Assembly (NCBI RefSeq): GCF_030384885.1
Contig: NZ_CP128613.1
Length of the DNA stretch: 64,000 nucleotides
Strand: one strand, 5' to 3'
From: Escherichia coli
Lineage (GTDB): Bacteria; Pseudomonadota; Gammaproteobacteria; Enterobacterales; Enterobacteriaceae
Shown: in pieces, positions 11,069 through 22,322 of the stretch
Layout: each line of letters starts with the position of its first letter
How positions within the stretch are numbered: position 1 is the stretch's first letter
Translations under genes and position numbers: made by a program
Notes under the pieces: generated by a model
The model's database searches: none
Seen by the model: only the letters and a program-made list of their open reading frames with translations
What the model was told of the DNA's origin: nothing

Positions 11069-11800
11069 TTAAATGCCGAGTGGGAAAATATCATGGCCTT
11101 GTTCCTGCCAACTGGTAAGTTGCTGCTGTTGGGCAGAGGTTCGATTTTCACCGCACCACACCAGCAATGTACGGCCTTCGAACAGTTCTGGGCGTAGTTG
11201 ATTGAGCGAGTGGGCGAGGACATCAATGCGCCATCCTTGTTGACTGGCAATCCAGCCCTCTAGCCACAGACGGGTGGTATCCTGAATATTCCAGCCAACC
11301 ACCAGCGCATCTTTACCCTGTTTTTTACGTGCCGAAGCCAGACAAATGGCGATGTAGTTGATCAGTACGCCGTCGAGGATCGCCAGCAGCGCCTGGAGAG
11401 TCGGTTGTTGGCACTGAAGCCGTCGGCGCAGAGGAATAAACAGGTGCGTGGTGAGTGTCTGGGCGGGGTAATCCTGACCGCGCTCTTTGATCCACGTTCG
11501 CAGGCTATGCAGATTGCCGCTTTGCAGGTAAGTCAGTAATGTTTCTTGCTGATCGCGCCAGCCGTTCTGCACATCAACATTTTCATTACTGAGCAGCATT
11601 TTAACTTTGCTGACCTGCACGCCGTTGTCGATCCAGCGTTTGATCTCGCGGATCCGGTCAATATCGGCATCATTGAACAGCCGATGACCGCCGTCTGTCC
11701 GTTGCGGTTTCAGCAATCCGTAACGCCTCTGCCACGCGCGTAACGTGACAGGGTTAATATCACAAAGCAACGCCACTTCACCAATTGTGTAAAGCGCCAT
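11069..11800 (-). CDS. mlrA: MerR-family transcriptional regulator MlrA
   Basis: 243 aa, N-terminal MerR HTH (YTIGEVALLCDINPVTLRAWQRRYGL). Confidence 0.92.
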   Translation of the reverse strand: MALYTIGEVALLCDINPVTLRAWQRRYGLLKPQRTDGGHRLFNDADIDRIREIKRWIDNGVQVSKVKMLLSNENVDVQNGWRDQQETLLTYLQSGNLHSLRTWIKERGQDYPAQTLTTHLFIPLRRRLQCQQPTLQALLAILDGVLINYIAICLASARKKQGKDALVVGWNIQDTTRLWLEGWIASQQGWRIDVLAHSLNQLRPELFEGRTLLVWCGENRTSAQQQQLTSWQEQGHDIFPLGI

Positions 11801-12021
11801 CGTCTCACCCTTGCTCGCGAGGTCCCAGTTTAACTTTAGACGCAGTTTTGCGAACCAGGTAGTTTTGCCCGTTTTTTGTTCATCTATAGGGTGATTTTAT
11901 TTTTGCCAGGCGATTTTGAGTGATCGTACTCACGAATTCTCATTTTTCTGCAAGAGTTCAAAGAAAGTTAAACGCAGGCAATGTATGTTACGCGTTTTAA
12001 AGGGAAGTGTGGTTTGCGGGT

Positions 12022-13707
12022 ATGTACGATTTTAATCTGGTGTTGCTGCTGCTTCAGCAGATGTGCGTTTTTTTAGTCATTGCGTGGTTAATGAGTAAAA
12101 CGCCATTATTCATACCGTTAATGCAGGTCACGGTTCGTCTGCCGCATAAATTTCTCTGCTACATCGTCTTTTCCATCTTCTGCATCATGGGCACCTGGTT
12201 TGGGCTGCACATTGACGATTCTATTGCCAATACCCGTGCGATTGGTGCGGTAATGGGCGGCTTACTCGGCGGTCCGGTCGTCGGTGGGCTGGTTGGTCTG
12301 ACCGGCGGGTTACATCGATATTCGATGGGGGGCATGACCGCGCTAAGTTGCATGATCTCGACCATCGTTGAAGGATTGCTCGGCGGCCTGGTACACAGCA
12401 TCCTGATCCGTCGCGGGCGTACTGATAAAGTCTTTAATCCCATTACCGCGGGTGCCGTCACGTTCGTCGCTGAAATGGTGCAAATGCTGATCATCCTGGC
12501 TATCGCCCGACCTTATGAAGATGCGGTGCGTCTGGTGAGTAATATTGCTGCGCCAATGATGGTCACCAATACCGTCGGCGCGGCGCTGTTTATGCGTATA
12601 TTGCTCGATAAACGCGCGATGTTTGAAAAATACACCTCGGCTTTTTCTGCCACCGCACTGAAAGTGGCGGCTTCGACGGAAGGCATTTTGCGCCAGGGTT
12701 TTAACGAAGTGAACAGCATGAAAGTGGCACAGGTGCTGTATCAGGAGCTGGATATTGGTGCAGTCGCGATTACCGATCGAGAGAAATTGCTGGCTTTTAC
12801 CGGAATTGGTGACGACCACCATTTACCCGGCAAACCGATTTCTTCGACTTATACCTTAAAAGCGATTGAAACCGGTGAAGTGGTCTACGCTGATGGCAAC
12901 GAAGTACCTTATCGTTGCTCTTTGCATCCGCAATGCAAACTGGGGTCGACGCTGGTAATTCCGTTGCGTGGTGAAAATCAGCGGGTGATGGGTACCATCA
13001 AATTGTATGAAGCCAAAAACCGTTTATTCAGTTCAATCAATCGCACGCTGGGCGAGGGGATTGCGCAATTGCTTTCGGCGCAGATCCTCGCTGGGCAATA
13101 TGAGCGGCAAAAAGCGATGCTCACCCAGTCAGAGATCAAACTACTTCACGCCCAGGTGAACCCCCATTTTCTGTTCAATGCGCTTAACACCATTAAAGCG
13201 GTGATCCGACGCGACAGCGAACAGGCCAGTCAGCTGGTGCAGTATCTTTCCACTTTTTTCCGTAAAAACTTAAAGCGGCCTTCGGAGTTTGTGACTCTCG
13301 CCGACGAAATTGAACATGTGAATGCTTATCTGCAAATTGAAAAGGCGCGCTTCCAGTCGCGGTTGCAGGTCAACATTGCTATTCCGCAAGAATTATCCCA
13401 GCAGCAACTGCCCGCGTTTACCCTGCAACCGATAGTGGAAAACGCTATTAAACATGGGACATCACAACTGCTCGATACAGGGCGAGTGGAAATCAGCGCC
13501 CGACGTGAGGGGCAACATTTGATGCTGGAGATCGAAGACAATGCTGGTTTGTATCAACCGGTAACCAATGCCAGTGGGCTGGGGATGAATCTGGTGGATA
13601 AGCGTTTACGTGAACGGTTTGGCGATGACTATGGGATAAGCGTCGCCTGTGAACCTGATAATTACACCCGAATAACGTTACGACTGCCATGGAGGGACGA
13701 GGCATGA
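12022..13707 (+). CDS. btsS: LytS-type sensor histidine kinase BtsS (YehU)
   Basis: ORF 12007-13707; ATG at 12022 gives 561 aa beginning [13 protein letters not shown]; 5TM-LytS N-terminus, GAF, His kinase motifs (HFLFNALN). Confidence 0.93.
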   Translation: MYDFNLVLLLLQQMCVFLVIAWLMSKTPLFIPLMQVTVRLPHKFLCYIVFSIFCIMGTWFGLHIDDSIANTRAIGAVMGGLLGGPVVGGLVGLTGGLHRYSMGGMTALSCMISTIVEGLLGGLVHSILIRRGRTDKVFNPITAGAVTFVAEMVQMLIILAIARPYEDAVRLVSNIAAPMMVTNTVGAALFMRILLDKRAMFEKYTSAFSATALKVAASTEGILRQGFNEVNSMKVAQVLYQELDIGAVAITDREKLLAFTGIGDDHHLPGKPISSTYTLKAIETGEVVYADGNEVPYRCSLHPQCKLGSTLVIPLRGENQRVMGTIKLYEAKNRLFSSINRTLGEGIAQLLSAQILAGQYERQKAMLTQSEIKLLHAQVNPHFLFNALNTIKAVIRRDSEQASQLVQYLSTFFRKNLKRPSEFVTLADEIEHVNAYLQIEKARFQSRLQVNIAIPQELSQQQLPAFTLQPIVENAIKHGTSQLLDTGRVEISARREGQHLMLEIEDNAGLYQPVTNASGLGMNLVDKRLRERFGDDYGISVACEPDNYTRITLRLPWRDEA

Positions 13708-14423
13708 TTAAAGTCTTAATTGTCGATGACGAACCGTTAGCACGGGAGAACCTGCGCGTATTTTTGCAGGAGCAGAGTGATATTGAAATTGTCGGCGAGT
13801 GTTCAAACGCTGTAGAAGGGATCGGCGCGGTGCATAAACTGCGCCCGGACGTGCTGTTTCTCGATATCCAGATGCCGCGTATTAGCGGTCTGGAAATGGT
13901 GGGGATGCTCGACCCGGAACATCGTCCGTATATCGTTTTTCTCACCGCGTTTGACGAATACGCCATTAAAGCCTTTGAAGAACATGCATTTGATTATCTC
14001 CTGAAGCCAATTGATGAAGCGCGGCTGGAGAAAACGCTGGCGCGTTTGCGTCAGGAGCGCAGCAAGCAGGATGTTTCGCTGTTACCGGAAAATCAACAGG
14101 CGCTGAAATTTATCCCTTGTACGGGGCATAGTCGGATTTATTTGCTGCAAATGAGAGATGTAGCATTTGTCAGCAGTCGGATGAGCGGTGTCTACGTTAC
14201 CAGCCACGAAGGGAAAGAAGGTTTTACCGAACTGACTTTGCGCACCCTGGAGAGCCGTACACCACTACTGCGCTGCCATCGTCAGTACCTGGTTAACCTC
14301 GCGCATTTACAGGAGATTCGTCTGGAAGATAACGGCCAGGCCGAGTTGATTTTACGTAATGGCTTAACTGTTCCGGTCAGCCGCCGCTATCTGAAAAGTT
14401 TAAAAGAGGCGATTGGCCTGTAA
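13704..14423 (+). CDS. btsR: LytTR-family response regulator BtsR (YehT)
   Basis: 239 aa beginning [16 protein letters not shown]; start overlaps btsS stop (ATGA). Confidence 0.93.
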   Translation: MIKVLIVDDEPLARENLRVFLQEQSDIEIVGECSNAVEGIGAVHKLRPDVLFLDIQMPRISGLEMVGMLDPEHRPYIVFLTAFDEYAIKAFEEHAFDYLLKPIDEARLEKTLARLRQERSKQDVSLLPENQQALKFIPCTGHSRIYLLQMRDVAFVSSRMSGVYVTSHEGKEGFTELTLRTLESRTPLLRCHRQYLVNLAHLQEIRLEDNGQAELILRNGLTVPVSRRYLKSLKEAIGL

Positions 14424-14469
14424 AAGACTGCTAAAATGGTTTTTTGCCTCATCAACACCTGAAGGCCTC

Positions 14470-14940
14470 ATGCTAAGTAACGATATTCTGCGCAGCGTGC
14501 GCTACATTTTGAAAGCCAATAATAACGACCTGGTGCGCATTCTGGCGCTGGGTAATGTCGAAGCCACTGCGGAACAGATCGCCGTCTGGCTACGCAAAGA
14601 AGACGAAGAAGGGTTTCAGCGTTGTCCGGACATTGTTCTGTCTTCATTCCTGAATGGCCTGATTTATGAAAAACGTGGCAAGGATGAGTCAGCTCCGGCA
14701 CTGGAGCCGGAACGTCGCATTAATAACAACATCGTGCTGAAAAAATTACGTATCGCGTTTTCGCTGAAAACTGATGATATTCTGGCGATCCTTACCGAAC
14801 AGCAGTTCCGCGTTTCGATGCCGGAAATTACGGCGATGATGCGTGCACCGGATCATAAAAACTTTCGTGAATGCGGCGATCAATTCATGCGTTATTTTCT
14901 GCGTGGGCTGGCAGCGCGCCAGCATGTGAAGAAAAGCTAA
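14470..14940 (+). CDS. yehS: Uncharacterised protein YehS (DUF1456 tandem domain)
   Basis: ORF 14413-14940; ATG at 14470 gives 156 aa beginning MLSNDILRSVRYILK. Confidence 0.85.
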   Translation: MLSNDILRSVRYILKANNNDLVRILALGNVEATAEQIAVWLRKEDEEGFQRCPDIVLSSFLNGLIYEKRGKDESAPALEPERRINNNIVLKKLRIAFSLKTDDILAILTEQQFRVSMPEITAMMRAPDHKNFRECGDQFMRYFLRGLAARQHVKKS

Positions 14941-14982
14941 GACGGGTATGGCGGCCATGCGAAGAACATGGCCGCCGACAGA

Positions 14983-15444
14983 TTATTTCACTTCTTTAAA
15001 ACCAGCGGCTTTCATCACCAGTTCCATTTGCGCCATAGTGATACCTTTTTTGGCATCTTCAGCAGAAACGTTGATACCTGAAATACCCTGCAGGGCTTTA
15101 AAATCAACTTTTTCCATATCGATAGTCACGTTTTCCTGAGCATAGGTATCGGTAAAGGTTAATTTTTCTTCAACGCCAGGGATGTTTTTATATTTGGCAC
15201 TTAACGGCTCAAGTGTCTTGGCAGCATCTTCTTTGGTGGTTGCACCAATGGAGGCAAATTGAATTTTGGTTTCAGAAGATTGCTTAAGAACCTTGTCACC
15301 TTTGTAGACATAGGTAATAGCAATTTCAGTACCGTTCAGATTAGCGCTAAATTTCTTCGATTCTTCTTTGTCACCGCAGCCAGCAAGAGAGAAAACCAGA
15401 ACAGATGCAACAACAAGGGAAAACAGCTTATTGAAAGCCTTCAT
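14983..15444 (-). CDS. yehR: Lipoprotein YehR (DUF1307)
   Basis: 153 aa beginning MKAFNKLFSLVVASVLVFSLAGCGDKEE (lipobox LAGC). Confidence 0.88.
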   Translation of the reverse strand: MKAFNKLFSLVVASVLVFSLAGCGDKEESKKFSANLNGTEIAITYVYKGDKVLKQSSETKIQFASIGATTKEDAAKTLEPLSAKYKNIPGVEEKLTFTDTYAQENVTIDMEKVDFKALQGISGINVSAEDAKKGITMAQMELVMKAAGFKEVK

Positions 15445-15575
15445 GTAAAACTCCATTTTATTTAATCAAGGAACTGGTGACCACACCAGGGGCCATATAG
15501 GATATGCCTAATACCTTGGCGTGAGCAGTCCGGAACTGGAGTAGAACTCTTTGTAAAAAGCACTATTTGTTCTTG

Positions 15576-17567
15576 TTACTCAAGCAAGGTTAATAATTGT
15601 TCGCAAAGCAAAACGCAGTTATTCATTGCTTCTCCCCGTGCCTCGCCTTCTGTATTACGAAATTGTCCCAACACATGTGCCAGCCGATAAAAACCCATCG
15701 CGGTGAGTTCATTGACCAGCAACTCTGACTGACTAATGGCACTCTGTTCCTGATAGCGCCAGCCATTATGGAGCAGTTGAATAAGCAACGCCTGACAGCG
15801 CATCAGTAACTGATGAGTGGTAGACGGTACAGGCAGAACGCTGGTAGAAGGTAGCGGTGCCACAGGCGAAGTTTCTGCGTCCAGTGCCCAGGCGCGGGTT
15901 TGCGTCATCATTACTCGTGGTTCCAGTGTCAATTGCCCCTCAGCAAAATTGATAAACCCAGAAACCAGACTAACGGGATCTTCTGTTTGTTGTAACAGAG
16001 CTGCCATGCGTTCAACAGCAAAGGGCGCACTGGCTGAAGCTGGCAGTGATAACGTCAGCACATTATCGTCACCTTCGCCACTGATTACCTGCGCATCCAG
16101 TGTCTGCCGACTGCTGTCCCAACCGAGTGAAATGCACTCTTCTACTGGCAGAATAAATAAGTTATCGACCTGGTTAAGCGGTCGTATGGCGGCTGGCGGA
16201 CGTTGGCGTAAATATTCCCGCAAAGCCACAATGCCCGGCTGGCGCAGTGGTGCGCTCAACATTTGCCAGGCATCAGGCGACAGCGGAACAACACTGCTTA
16301 AGCGGTTGCGGGTAGCTAACAGCAACTCGCCATCGGCACTGCGTTTTGCTGCTTGTGAAACAATTTGCCCACCCGCCAGCGCGCCAGCCTGAAAACTAAA
16401 CAGCCGCCGTTTTGCCGCTGGAGAGTTATCCTGTTCACTTCTCGGCCAACTGCGCGAAAGATGCAAAATACTGCCGGTGTCGGGATCGGTGAACCAGATG
16501 CGTAAACCATACCGCTCATTATCCTGCCAGCAACGCATACCTAGTGACACCAGCCGCAAATGATCAAGCTTTGCTTCGCCAGCAATGCCTGCGCCGACGA
16601 GCGTGCGCCACGGTATGGGCGGTACCTCACCGACACTGTCACGTCGCGCCATCTCTTGTGCACTGTTCAAGCGACTGGTTAACGCCGCAATCTGGCACAA
16701 GCATTTTCCGGCATGATAGTGGCTGGCGCGGGCGTGGAAGGCATCAACGCTTGCCCGTAGCTGTCGTAGTGATTCACTTACCCAACGCCAGTTGCAGCGT
16801 TCCGCCGCTTGCTGCGCGCGGCTGAAAGCGGCCTCGTAGTGGATTGGCGGTTGGCTGATCCCGCCCAGCCATAATGCCTGACTTAATTGCTGAACATATT
16901 GACGACATGCTTTACCTTCGTCGCTGGAAAACGGATCGTCAGATGATGTGACGTGTTCACTGTGCATCTGCCAGATCAAATGAGTAAATTCCGCTTGTTG
17001 ATTTTTGGCCTCGACGAAGGCCTGCACAGCCAGTGCTACGTGTTCACACAGCGTTCCTTCAATACAATCACAACGGGCGAAACGAATGCTGCTGCGGGAA
17101 TAAAAACGCACATCGCTCATCGGTAAGCGGGCAGAGGGAATTTCGCCCGGTGTGCAGAACAACTCAATGGTGATGCCTTTAGCGACCAGCGCCTGCGCGC
17201 GTTTACGCGTGGTATTGGGCAGGGTAGCCAGTTCTTCCTGCCAGATTGCCGGATCCCACTCTTCTTCTTTTTCCGTAGGCTGGGCGGTGGCACAAAGTCG
17301 TTGATAACTTAACACCAGCATCACGCGATGACGGCACATGCCGCTGGCCCCGCAGCTACATTGAGCCTCTTTCAGTGCCTGACTGTTCGCCAGCCGGGTA
17401 CGGACACCGTCACTGAAGGTGGCGATTAAAGCGCCGTTCTCATGGCAGATTTCCGGGACATTGCCATTTTCCAGTTCCTTAAGGCTGCGCTTCACAAAAC
17501 CAGCATTGCTTAACGCCGTCAGGGCCTGCGGTGTCAGTTCTAATAATTCCGGACGTAGTGAATTCAT
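15576..17567 (-). CDS. yehQ: SWIM zinc-finger protein YehQ
   Basis: ORF 15576-17672(-); start chosen at 17567 where ATG overlaps yehP stop (ATGA); two CxC...CxH SWIM-like motifs (CSCGASGMCRH, CDCIEGTLCEH). Confidence 0.85.
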   Translation of the reverse strand: MNSLRPELLELTPQALTALSNAGFVKRSLKELENGNVPEICHENGALIATFSDGVRTRLANSQALKEAQCSCGASGMCRHRVMLVLSYQRLCATAQPTEKEEEWDPAIWQEELATLPNTTRKRAQALVAKGITIELFCTPGEIPSARLPMSDVRFYSRSSIRFARCDCIEGTLCEHVALAVQAFVEAKNQQAEFTHLIWQMHSEHVTSSDDPFSSDEGKACRQYVQQLSQALWLGGISQPPIHYEAAFSRAQQAAERCNWRWVSESLRQLRASVDAFHARASHYHAGKCLCQIAALTSRLNSAQEMARRDSVGEVPPIPWRTLVGAGIAGEAKLDHLRLVSLGMRCWQDNERYGLRIWFTDPDTGSILHLSRSWPRSEQDNSPAAKRRLFSFQAGALAGGQIVSQAAKRSADGELLLATRNRLSSVVPLSPDAWQMLSAPLRQPGIVALREYLRQRPPAAIRPLNQVDNLFILPVEECISLGWDSSRQTLDAQVISGEGDDNVLTLSLPASASAPFAVERMAALLQQTEDPVSLVSGFINFAEGQLTLEPRVMMTQTRAWALDAETSPVAPLPSTSVLPVPSTTHQLLMRCQALLIQLLHNGWRYQEQSAISQSELLVNELTAMGFYRLAHVLGQFRNTEGEARGEAMNNCVLLCEQLLTLLE

Positions 17568-18700
17568 GACTGAAGATTCTCCGCAAGCCAGGTAGCCAGT
17601 TCGCCCGGTGTCATGGCAGCTATTTGTGCGCCGACATTTACCAGCGCCTGGGCTGTATCGCGGTCGTAGCAAGGTGTTGCGGTGCTATCGAGCGCTGCCA
17701 GTCCCAGCACTTTGATGCCGCTCTGGACACACTTTTTCACCTGATGCGTCAGCAAAGATGATGAACCCCCTTCATAAAAATCGCTCACGAGTATGATGAC
17801 GCTTTTCGCTGGTTGTTCAATAAGTTGCCGACCATATTCCACGGCACTGGCGATATTGGTCCCGCCGCCCAATTGTACTTTCATTAATAACTCTACCGGA
17901 TCGGCAACGTCGGCAGTGAGATCGACGACGTTAGTGTCAAAAGCGACCAGATGGGTACGAATGCCGGGTAACTGCCATAAACAGGCCGCCATCACCGCTG
18001 AGTGGATCACCGAGTCAACCATCGATCCGCTTTGATCAACCAGTAACACCAGCTGCCATTGTTCGCTATGGCGCTTAATGCGACTGTTAAAGCGGGGGGA
18101 TTCGATATACAACTTGCCGTGTTGCGGGTGCCAGTGTTGCAGGTTGGCGCGCAGAGTACTTTTGAAATCGAAATTACGCGCCAGTGGAATAAATGAGCGG
18201 CGACGGCGATCGCGGACACCAGAAAAAGCCTGACGAACTTCCTTTGCCAGTCGCGCCATAATTTCTTCAACAACCTGGCGCACTATCCGGCGGGCGGCAG
18301 CCAGCACTTCGGGATTCATCAGATGTTTGGTGTGCAAAACGGCGCGTAACAGGCTTTCAGAGGGCTGCATACGTTCCAGCACGTCGAGATTTGTCACTAC
18401 ATCTTCAATGCCATAGCGCAGTACAGCATCGCTTTCCAGCCGCTCAATCACCTGTTGCGGAAACAGCGTGTGAATACTGTTGATCCAATCAGGGGTGGTG
18501 AGATTTGAGCCACCTAATCCACCGGAGCGTTCACCACGCTGGAGCCGTTCAGGATCGCGCCCGTACAGCCACTCCAGCGCGTGGTCCATCCGCCGGGCGT
18601 TGTCATCCAGCCCACAAAGCGTCGTTTCTGCCGCTTCGCCAAGAATTAATCGCCAGCGTTGTAGCTCACGAGTGGTCAGAAGATCGTTCAGTTCAGACAT
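17564..18700 (-). CDS. yehP: von Willebrand factor A domain protein YehP
   Basis: 378 aa beginning MSELNDLLTTRELQRW; MIDAS motif LVLLVDQSGSM; start overlaps yehM stop. Confidence 0.9.
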   Translation of the reverse strand: MSELNDLLTTRELQRWRLILGEAAETTLCGLDDNARRMDHALEWLYGRDPERLQRGERSGGLGGSNLTTPDWINSIHTLFPQQVIERLESDAVLRYGIEDVVTNLDVLERMQPSESLLRAVLHTKHLMNPEVLAAARRIVRQVVEEIMARLAKEVRQAFSGVRDRRRRSFIPLARNFDFKSTLRANLQHWHPQHGKLYIESPRFNSRIKRHSEQWQLVLLVDQSGSMVDSVIHSAVMAACLWQLPGIRTHLVAFDTNVVDLTADVADPVELLMKVQLGGGTNIASAVEYGRQLIEQPAKSVIILVSDFYEGGSSSLLTHQVKKCVQSGIKVLGLAALDSTATPCYDRDTAQALVNVGAQIAAMTPGELATWLAENLQS

Positions 18701-20972
18701 GGAAAACTCCCCAGTGTTGCAGTGATGCCAGTGCCTGCTGTTCGAGCTGTTGATGATGTGCAATGGCTTGCGGTGGGCAATGCAACGGCATTTGCAGCGC
18801 CGAAACGGGAAGCTGAGCGAGCTGGTAATGCTCAAGCACCTGATGCGCCAGCGTCCCGCGTTCTCGTGGCGGTAGCCAGGCCATCGCCGCGCGTAAATCG
18901 GGCAGGGCGTTAATAAAATCGGCGTCACTCAGTTGATTCAAATGGCTGCTGAAACCGGCGATAAATGCAGGCTGACTGGCCAGTTGATGGCGGGCTAATG
19001 CCAGCAAACCGTGCAGCGCCTCGCCAGATTGTGCCGGGGATAATTGTGCCAGCATCGTCAGCGCCGCTTCGGCACTGGCGTTGGGATGTTCCAGACGCAT
19101 CAGCGCGCCAAGGGCCGCACCGCGATCCAGCGCTGGGGCATGAATCGCCTGACTGCGACGTTCCAGTAAGGCTACCGCCGCAGAAAGCGAAACGCCGGGT
19201 AAATTAACGCCGCTATTTAGATCGCGCAGGATATGGCAAAGCGCCTGCCAGCTATGCAGGTGAGCGTGAAACTCCTTCTCATCCGGCCTGCCGTTGGATT
19301 CACATAGCCACAGTGTGCGATCGATAGCCGCGTATAACGTCGTCTGTAATATCTGCGCGCCTTGCATACCGCTGATTTCATCGAGCTGCCACAAGGCGTA
19401 AAGCACTTCCAGCGCCTGGCCCATTTCGGCAAACTGATTTTCCTGGGCGATTAATAATGTGAGTTGTTCCAGTAATTGCTGACTGAAGGACGCCAGACCC
19501 GCTAACGCTGCCTGGCTAAGACATGTGGTGATGCCGCTGATTCCACCCGCGTCCAGCATATCGGCTTCTAATTTATTGCGTGCGGCCTCCTGGAGTGTGG
19601 CACCAAAGCAGGCGGCTTCAATCAATGCCGCATGTTGGCTAAGTGGCTGGGTTAATGTCCAGCGTTCTTCACCGTTGCCCGCCAGCGTCAGTGTACTTCC
19701 TTGCTCGCGCACAATGCCGGGAATCTCCAGTATTGCCAACCGATGTAGCACCTGACTTTGCGCCAGTCCATCGGGGGTAAAGCGATTTAAGGTAAGCTCC
19801 GCCGGAAGAGAGATTCCGGTACGTTCCAGTTCGCAGGTGACATCTTTTGGCAGAGGTGGCTGTGGCGTCGAGGGGGCAAGTTTACCGAATCCGTCACCTG
19901 CTAATGTGTCTATCAACGTTACCAGTATCGGATCGGTATCGGGATGAATAACGCCGCGATAGCTCCACGGCAACGGCGCATTCAAGGCTTCTTTAATCAG
20001 CGAGCCTGCTATGGCATCCAGCCAGTCAGCGCGTAACGGTAGTGTATGACCGCGCAGCTGTGCCAGCGCCATCGCATGTAGATGAGCGGCAGCCATATCC
20101 GCGGTTGAAGCAGGCAAGTGGTGCTGGCGCAAACGGGTAAGAACCGTTTTTAGTAGTTGTTCACCTGCCTGCTGCAAACCTGACTGCCAGCACCAGTTTT
20201 GCCAGACCGGGGCTGGCATTCCTGAAAGGTATCCTGCCAGCACATCAAGGCGCTTTTCACTGTATGGCGTGAGATAGCAACCTGTAACGGCATCATCCTG
20301 TGAGAGCAATTCTGGCTTGTTAATTTCTTGCGGGCATTCGCGCCACATTTTTGCAAGTGCCGGAGCGTGCCAGCCTCCGCAGACGACTAATACGTCGCCA
20401 TTATTTTGCTGCATCGCCCATGCAATCCAGCGGGCCATAAAGGCTTCGCGCTGACGATTGAGTGCATCGCCGGAGGCGTCGCCCCGCAGTTGTGCAAAAT
20501 AGTGCGCCAGTGCAGAGGGTAATATAGTTTGCTGGCTTTCATCTTCGAACAAGTGATCCCACAAGGTGTCGCTGTTATCCATGCGGGTGGCACGCAGCAG
20601 CAAGGCCTGGCTTTCCTCTTGCATATCAGGCGAATCATCCTCTTCTTCACTTTGTGCCCAGCAAGGCAAATCGATGAAGTAAGTTTGTGCCTGAATACGA
20701 CGTGCGGCTTGTAGCGCCTGCCACTCCGGCGAAAATTCAGCAAATGGCGTCCAGGCACCACGCCCAGGGGCCGCACCGTCCTGATACTGGCAATAACTGT
20801 AAATAGCTACCGGAAGCTGGTGGGCTAACAACAGTTCGTCTACCCGGTCATTAAAATCAGCAGGGCCTTCAATCAATACGTATCGTGGCCGCTGTCTTTC
20901 GATTAACGATTTCACCAGCCTGGCACAGGCTGGGCTATGATGCCGGATGCCGACAATTAACGGCTCGCTCAT
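18693..20972 (-). CDS. yehM: Uncharacterised protein YehM (759 aa)
   Basis: ORF 18693-21113(-); start at 20972 gives 759 aa beginning MSEPLIVGIRHHSPACARL; start overlaps yehL stop. Confidence 0.88.
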   Translation of the reverse strand: MSEPLIVGIRHHSPACARLVKSLIERQRPRYVLIEGPADFNDRVDELLLAHQLPVAIYSYCQYQDGAAPGRGAWTPFAEFSPEWQALQAARRIQAQTYFIDLPCWAQSEEEDDSPDMQEESQALLLRATRMDNSDTLWDHLFEDESQQTILPSALAHYFAQLRGDASGDALNRQREAFMARWIAWAMQQNNGDVLVVCGGWHAPALAKMWRECPQEINKPELLSQDDAVTGCYLTPYSEKRLDVLAGYLSGMPAPVWQNWCWQSGLQQAGEQLLKTVLTRLRQHHLPASTADMAAAHLHAMALAQLRGHTLPLRADWLDAIAGSLIKEALNAPLPWSYRGVIHPDTDPILVTLIDTLAGDGFGKLAPSTPQPPLPKDVTCELERTGISLPAELTLNRFTPDGLAQSQVLHRLAILEIPGIVREQGSTLTLAGNGEERWTLTQPLSQHAALIEAACFGATLQEAARNKLEADMLDAGGISGITTCLSQAALAGLASFSQQLLEQLTLLIAQENQFAEMGQALEVLYALWQLDEISGMQGAQILQTTLYAAIDRTLWLCESNGRPDEKEFHAHLHSWQALCHILRDLNSGVNLPGVSLSAAVALLERRSQAIHAPALDRGAALGALMRLEHPNASAEAALTMLAQLSPAQSGEALHGLLALARHQLASQPAFIAGFSSHLNQLSDADFINALPDLRAAMAWLPPRERGTLAHQVLEHYQLAQLPVSALQMPLHCPPQAIAHHQQLEQQALASLQHWGVFHV

Positions 20973-20982
20973 GCATCTTTCC

Positions 20983-22071
20983 TCACGGCAGGCGGTGGCG
21001 AGCTTGATAATAAGCCTGCCAGTGAGCTTCTTTATGTGTAGCGACACGCTGTTCGAAGTAACGGCGCAGACGTGCGCGATCTTCTTCGTTATCTTTGACG
21101 ATGGTTCCGGCAATACAGTCTACCAGGTCGGCAGGCTCCCCAGCGCGATTCGCTAAAAACCAGGCGCGGAAACCCACGGCGTGTGCTACGTTAACGGCTT
21201 CAGCGGTGGACATAATCGCTGTAAGGGTATCCATTGAGGTTTTCTTTTCGCCGTTGGCACGCAGATCGCGGAAGGTGCGGACCAGTAACTCCAGTACCGC
21301 GTCAGGCACTTTATGCGGAATACCGCTATGGGCCAGCAAACGTGCCGAAGCGCTGGCGACAAGCTCCAGCTCCTGGGCGAAATCCATAATCGGAAAGACA
21401 GTTTCAAAATCGAAGCGACGCTTGAGTGCGGCACTCATTTCATTGACGCCGCGATCGCGGGTATTGGCAGTAGCAATAATATTAAAGCCTTCCCGCGCAT
21501 AGAGCTGACTGGCTTCACCAGTGAGTTCCGGCACCGTCATAACCCTGTCAGAAAGCATACCTAACAGACAGTCTTGTACTTCCAGTGGTGTACGCGTTAT
21601 CTCTTCAAAACGGACAATTTTGCCGTCGCGCATTCCCTGGTAGAGCGGGGCAGGGACCAGCGCTTCCGTTGACGGACCATGGTTGATAAGCAGGGCGTAG
21701 TTCCAGCCGTACTTGATTTGATCTTCGGTGGTAGATGCGCCGCCCTGGATGGTTAACCCGGCATCGCCGCTAATAGCGGTTGCCAGTAATTCAGACAGGA
21801 GCGATTTTGCGGTGCCAGGTTCCCCCACCAACATCAAACCGCGCCCGGTAGCGAGAGTGACTAACATGCGTTCGACAGCGGAGGGGCTAATCACGACTTT
21901 ACGGCTAATATTTTGTGCTTCGTCGCCAAGGATAAAAACACGGGCCGCAGGCAAACTTAACTGCCAACCGGGCGGGCAAGGTGCGTGATCATTTTGTTTT
22001 AATTTTGCCAGTTCATCGGCGTATAACACAGCGGCAGGCGGACGCTGCAGATGATTATTCTGCGGTGACAT
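20983..22071 (-). CDS. yehL: MoxR-type AAA+ ATPase YehL
   Basis: 362 aa beginning MSPQNNHLQRPPAAV; Walker A GEPGTAKS; CbbQ/NorQ-like. Confidence 0.9.
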   Translation of the reverse strand: MSPQNNHLQRPPAAVLYADELAKLKQNDHAPCPPGWQLSLPAARVFILGDEAQNISRKVVISPSAVERMLVTLATGRGLMLVGEPGTAKSLLSELLATAISGDAGLTIQGGASTTEDQIKYGWNYALLINHGPSTEALVPAPLYQGMRDGKIVRFEEITRTPLEVQDCLLGMLSDRVMTVPELTGEASQLYAREGFNIIATANTRDRGVNEMSAALKRRFDFETVFPIMDFAQELELVASASARLLAHSGIPHKVPDAVLELLVRTFRDLRANGEKKTSMDTLTAIMSTAEAVNVAHAVGFRAWFLANRAGEPADLVDCIAGTIVKDNEEDRARLRRYFEQRVATHKEAHWQAYYQARHRLP

Positions 22072-22182
22072 ATATTCATCCCTGAAATGTATTAATGAAA
22101 TAAACGATATTTTACGCGCAATAAATGTTTGGCGCATTAGTTGTTTGAGCGGAAAATATCTGGAAAGCAGATCACAGTAAAT

Positions 22183-22265
22183 AAAAAAACCTGCTGGTGA
22201 GGCAGGTTCTTTTATTTACTACTTTCAGGCCTAACACCACGGCCTGTGCAACATCGTGTTCCAAC
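22183..22265 (-). ncRNA. orzO: OrzO-like type I antitoxin sRNA (boundaries estimated)
   Basis: Minus-strand -35 TTGCAA (22295-22300), 17-nt spacer, -10 TATAAT (rc of 22272-22277); intrinsic terminator at 22182-22214; 5' ~20 nt (rc of 22246-22265) complementary to toxin 5'UTR 22412-22431 with one mismatch. Confidence 0.6.
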
Positions 22266-22271
22266 GAACGA

Positions 22272-22322
22272 ATTATAACCATCGGTGGACCCCGTTGCAA
22301 TTAAGATAATGAGATTTATAAT
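22272..22322. promoter_or_regulatory. Divergent overlapping sigma70 promoters for the antitoxin sRNA (-) and the toxin mRNA (+)
   Basis: Palindromic TTGCAA serves as -35 on both strands; + strand -10 TATAAT at 22317-22322 places the TSS near 22330. Confidence 0.55.
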
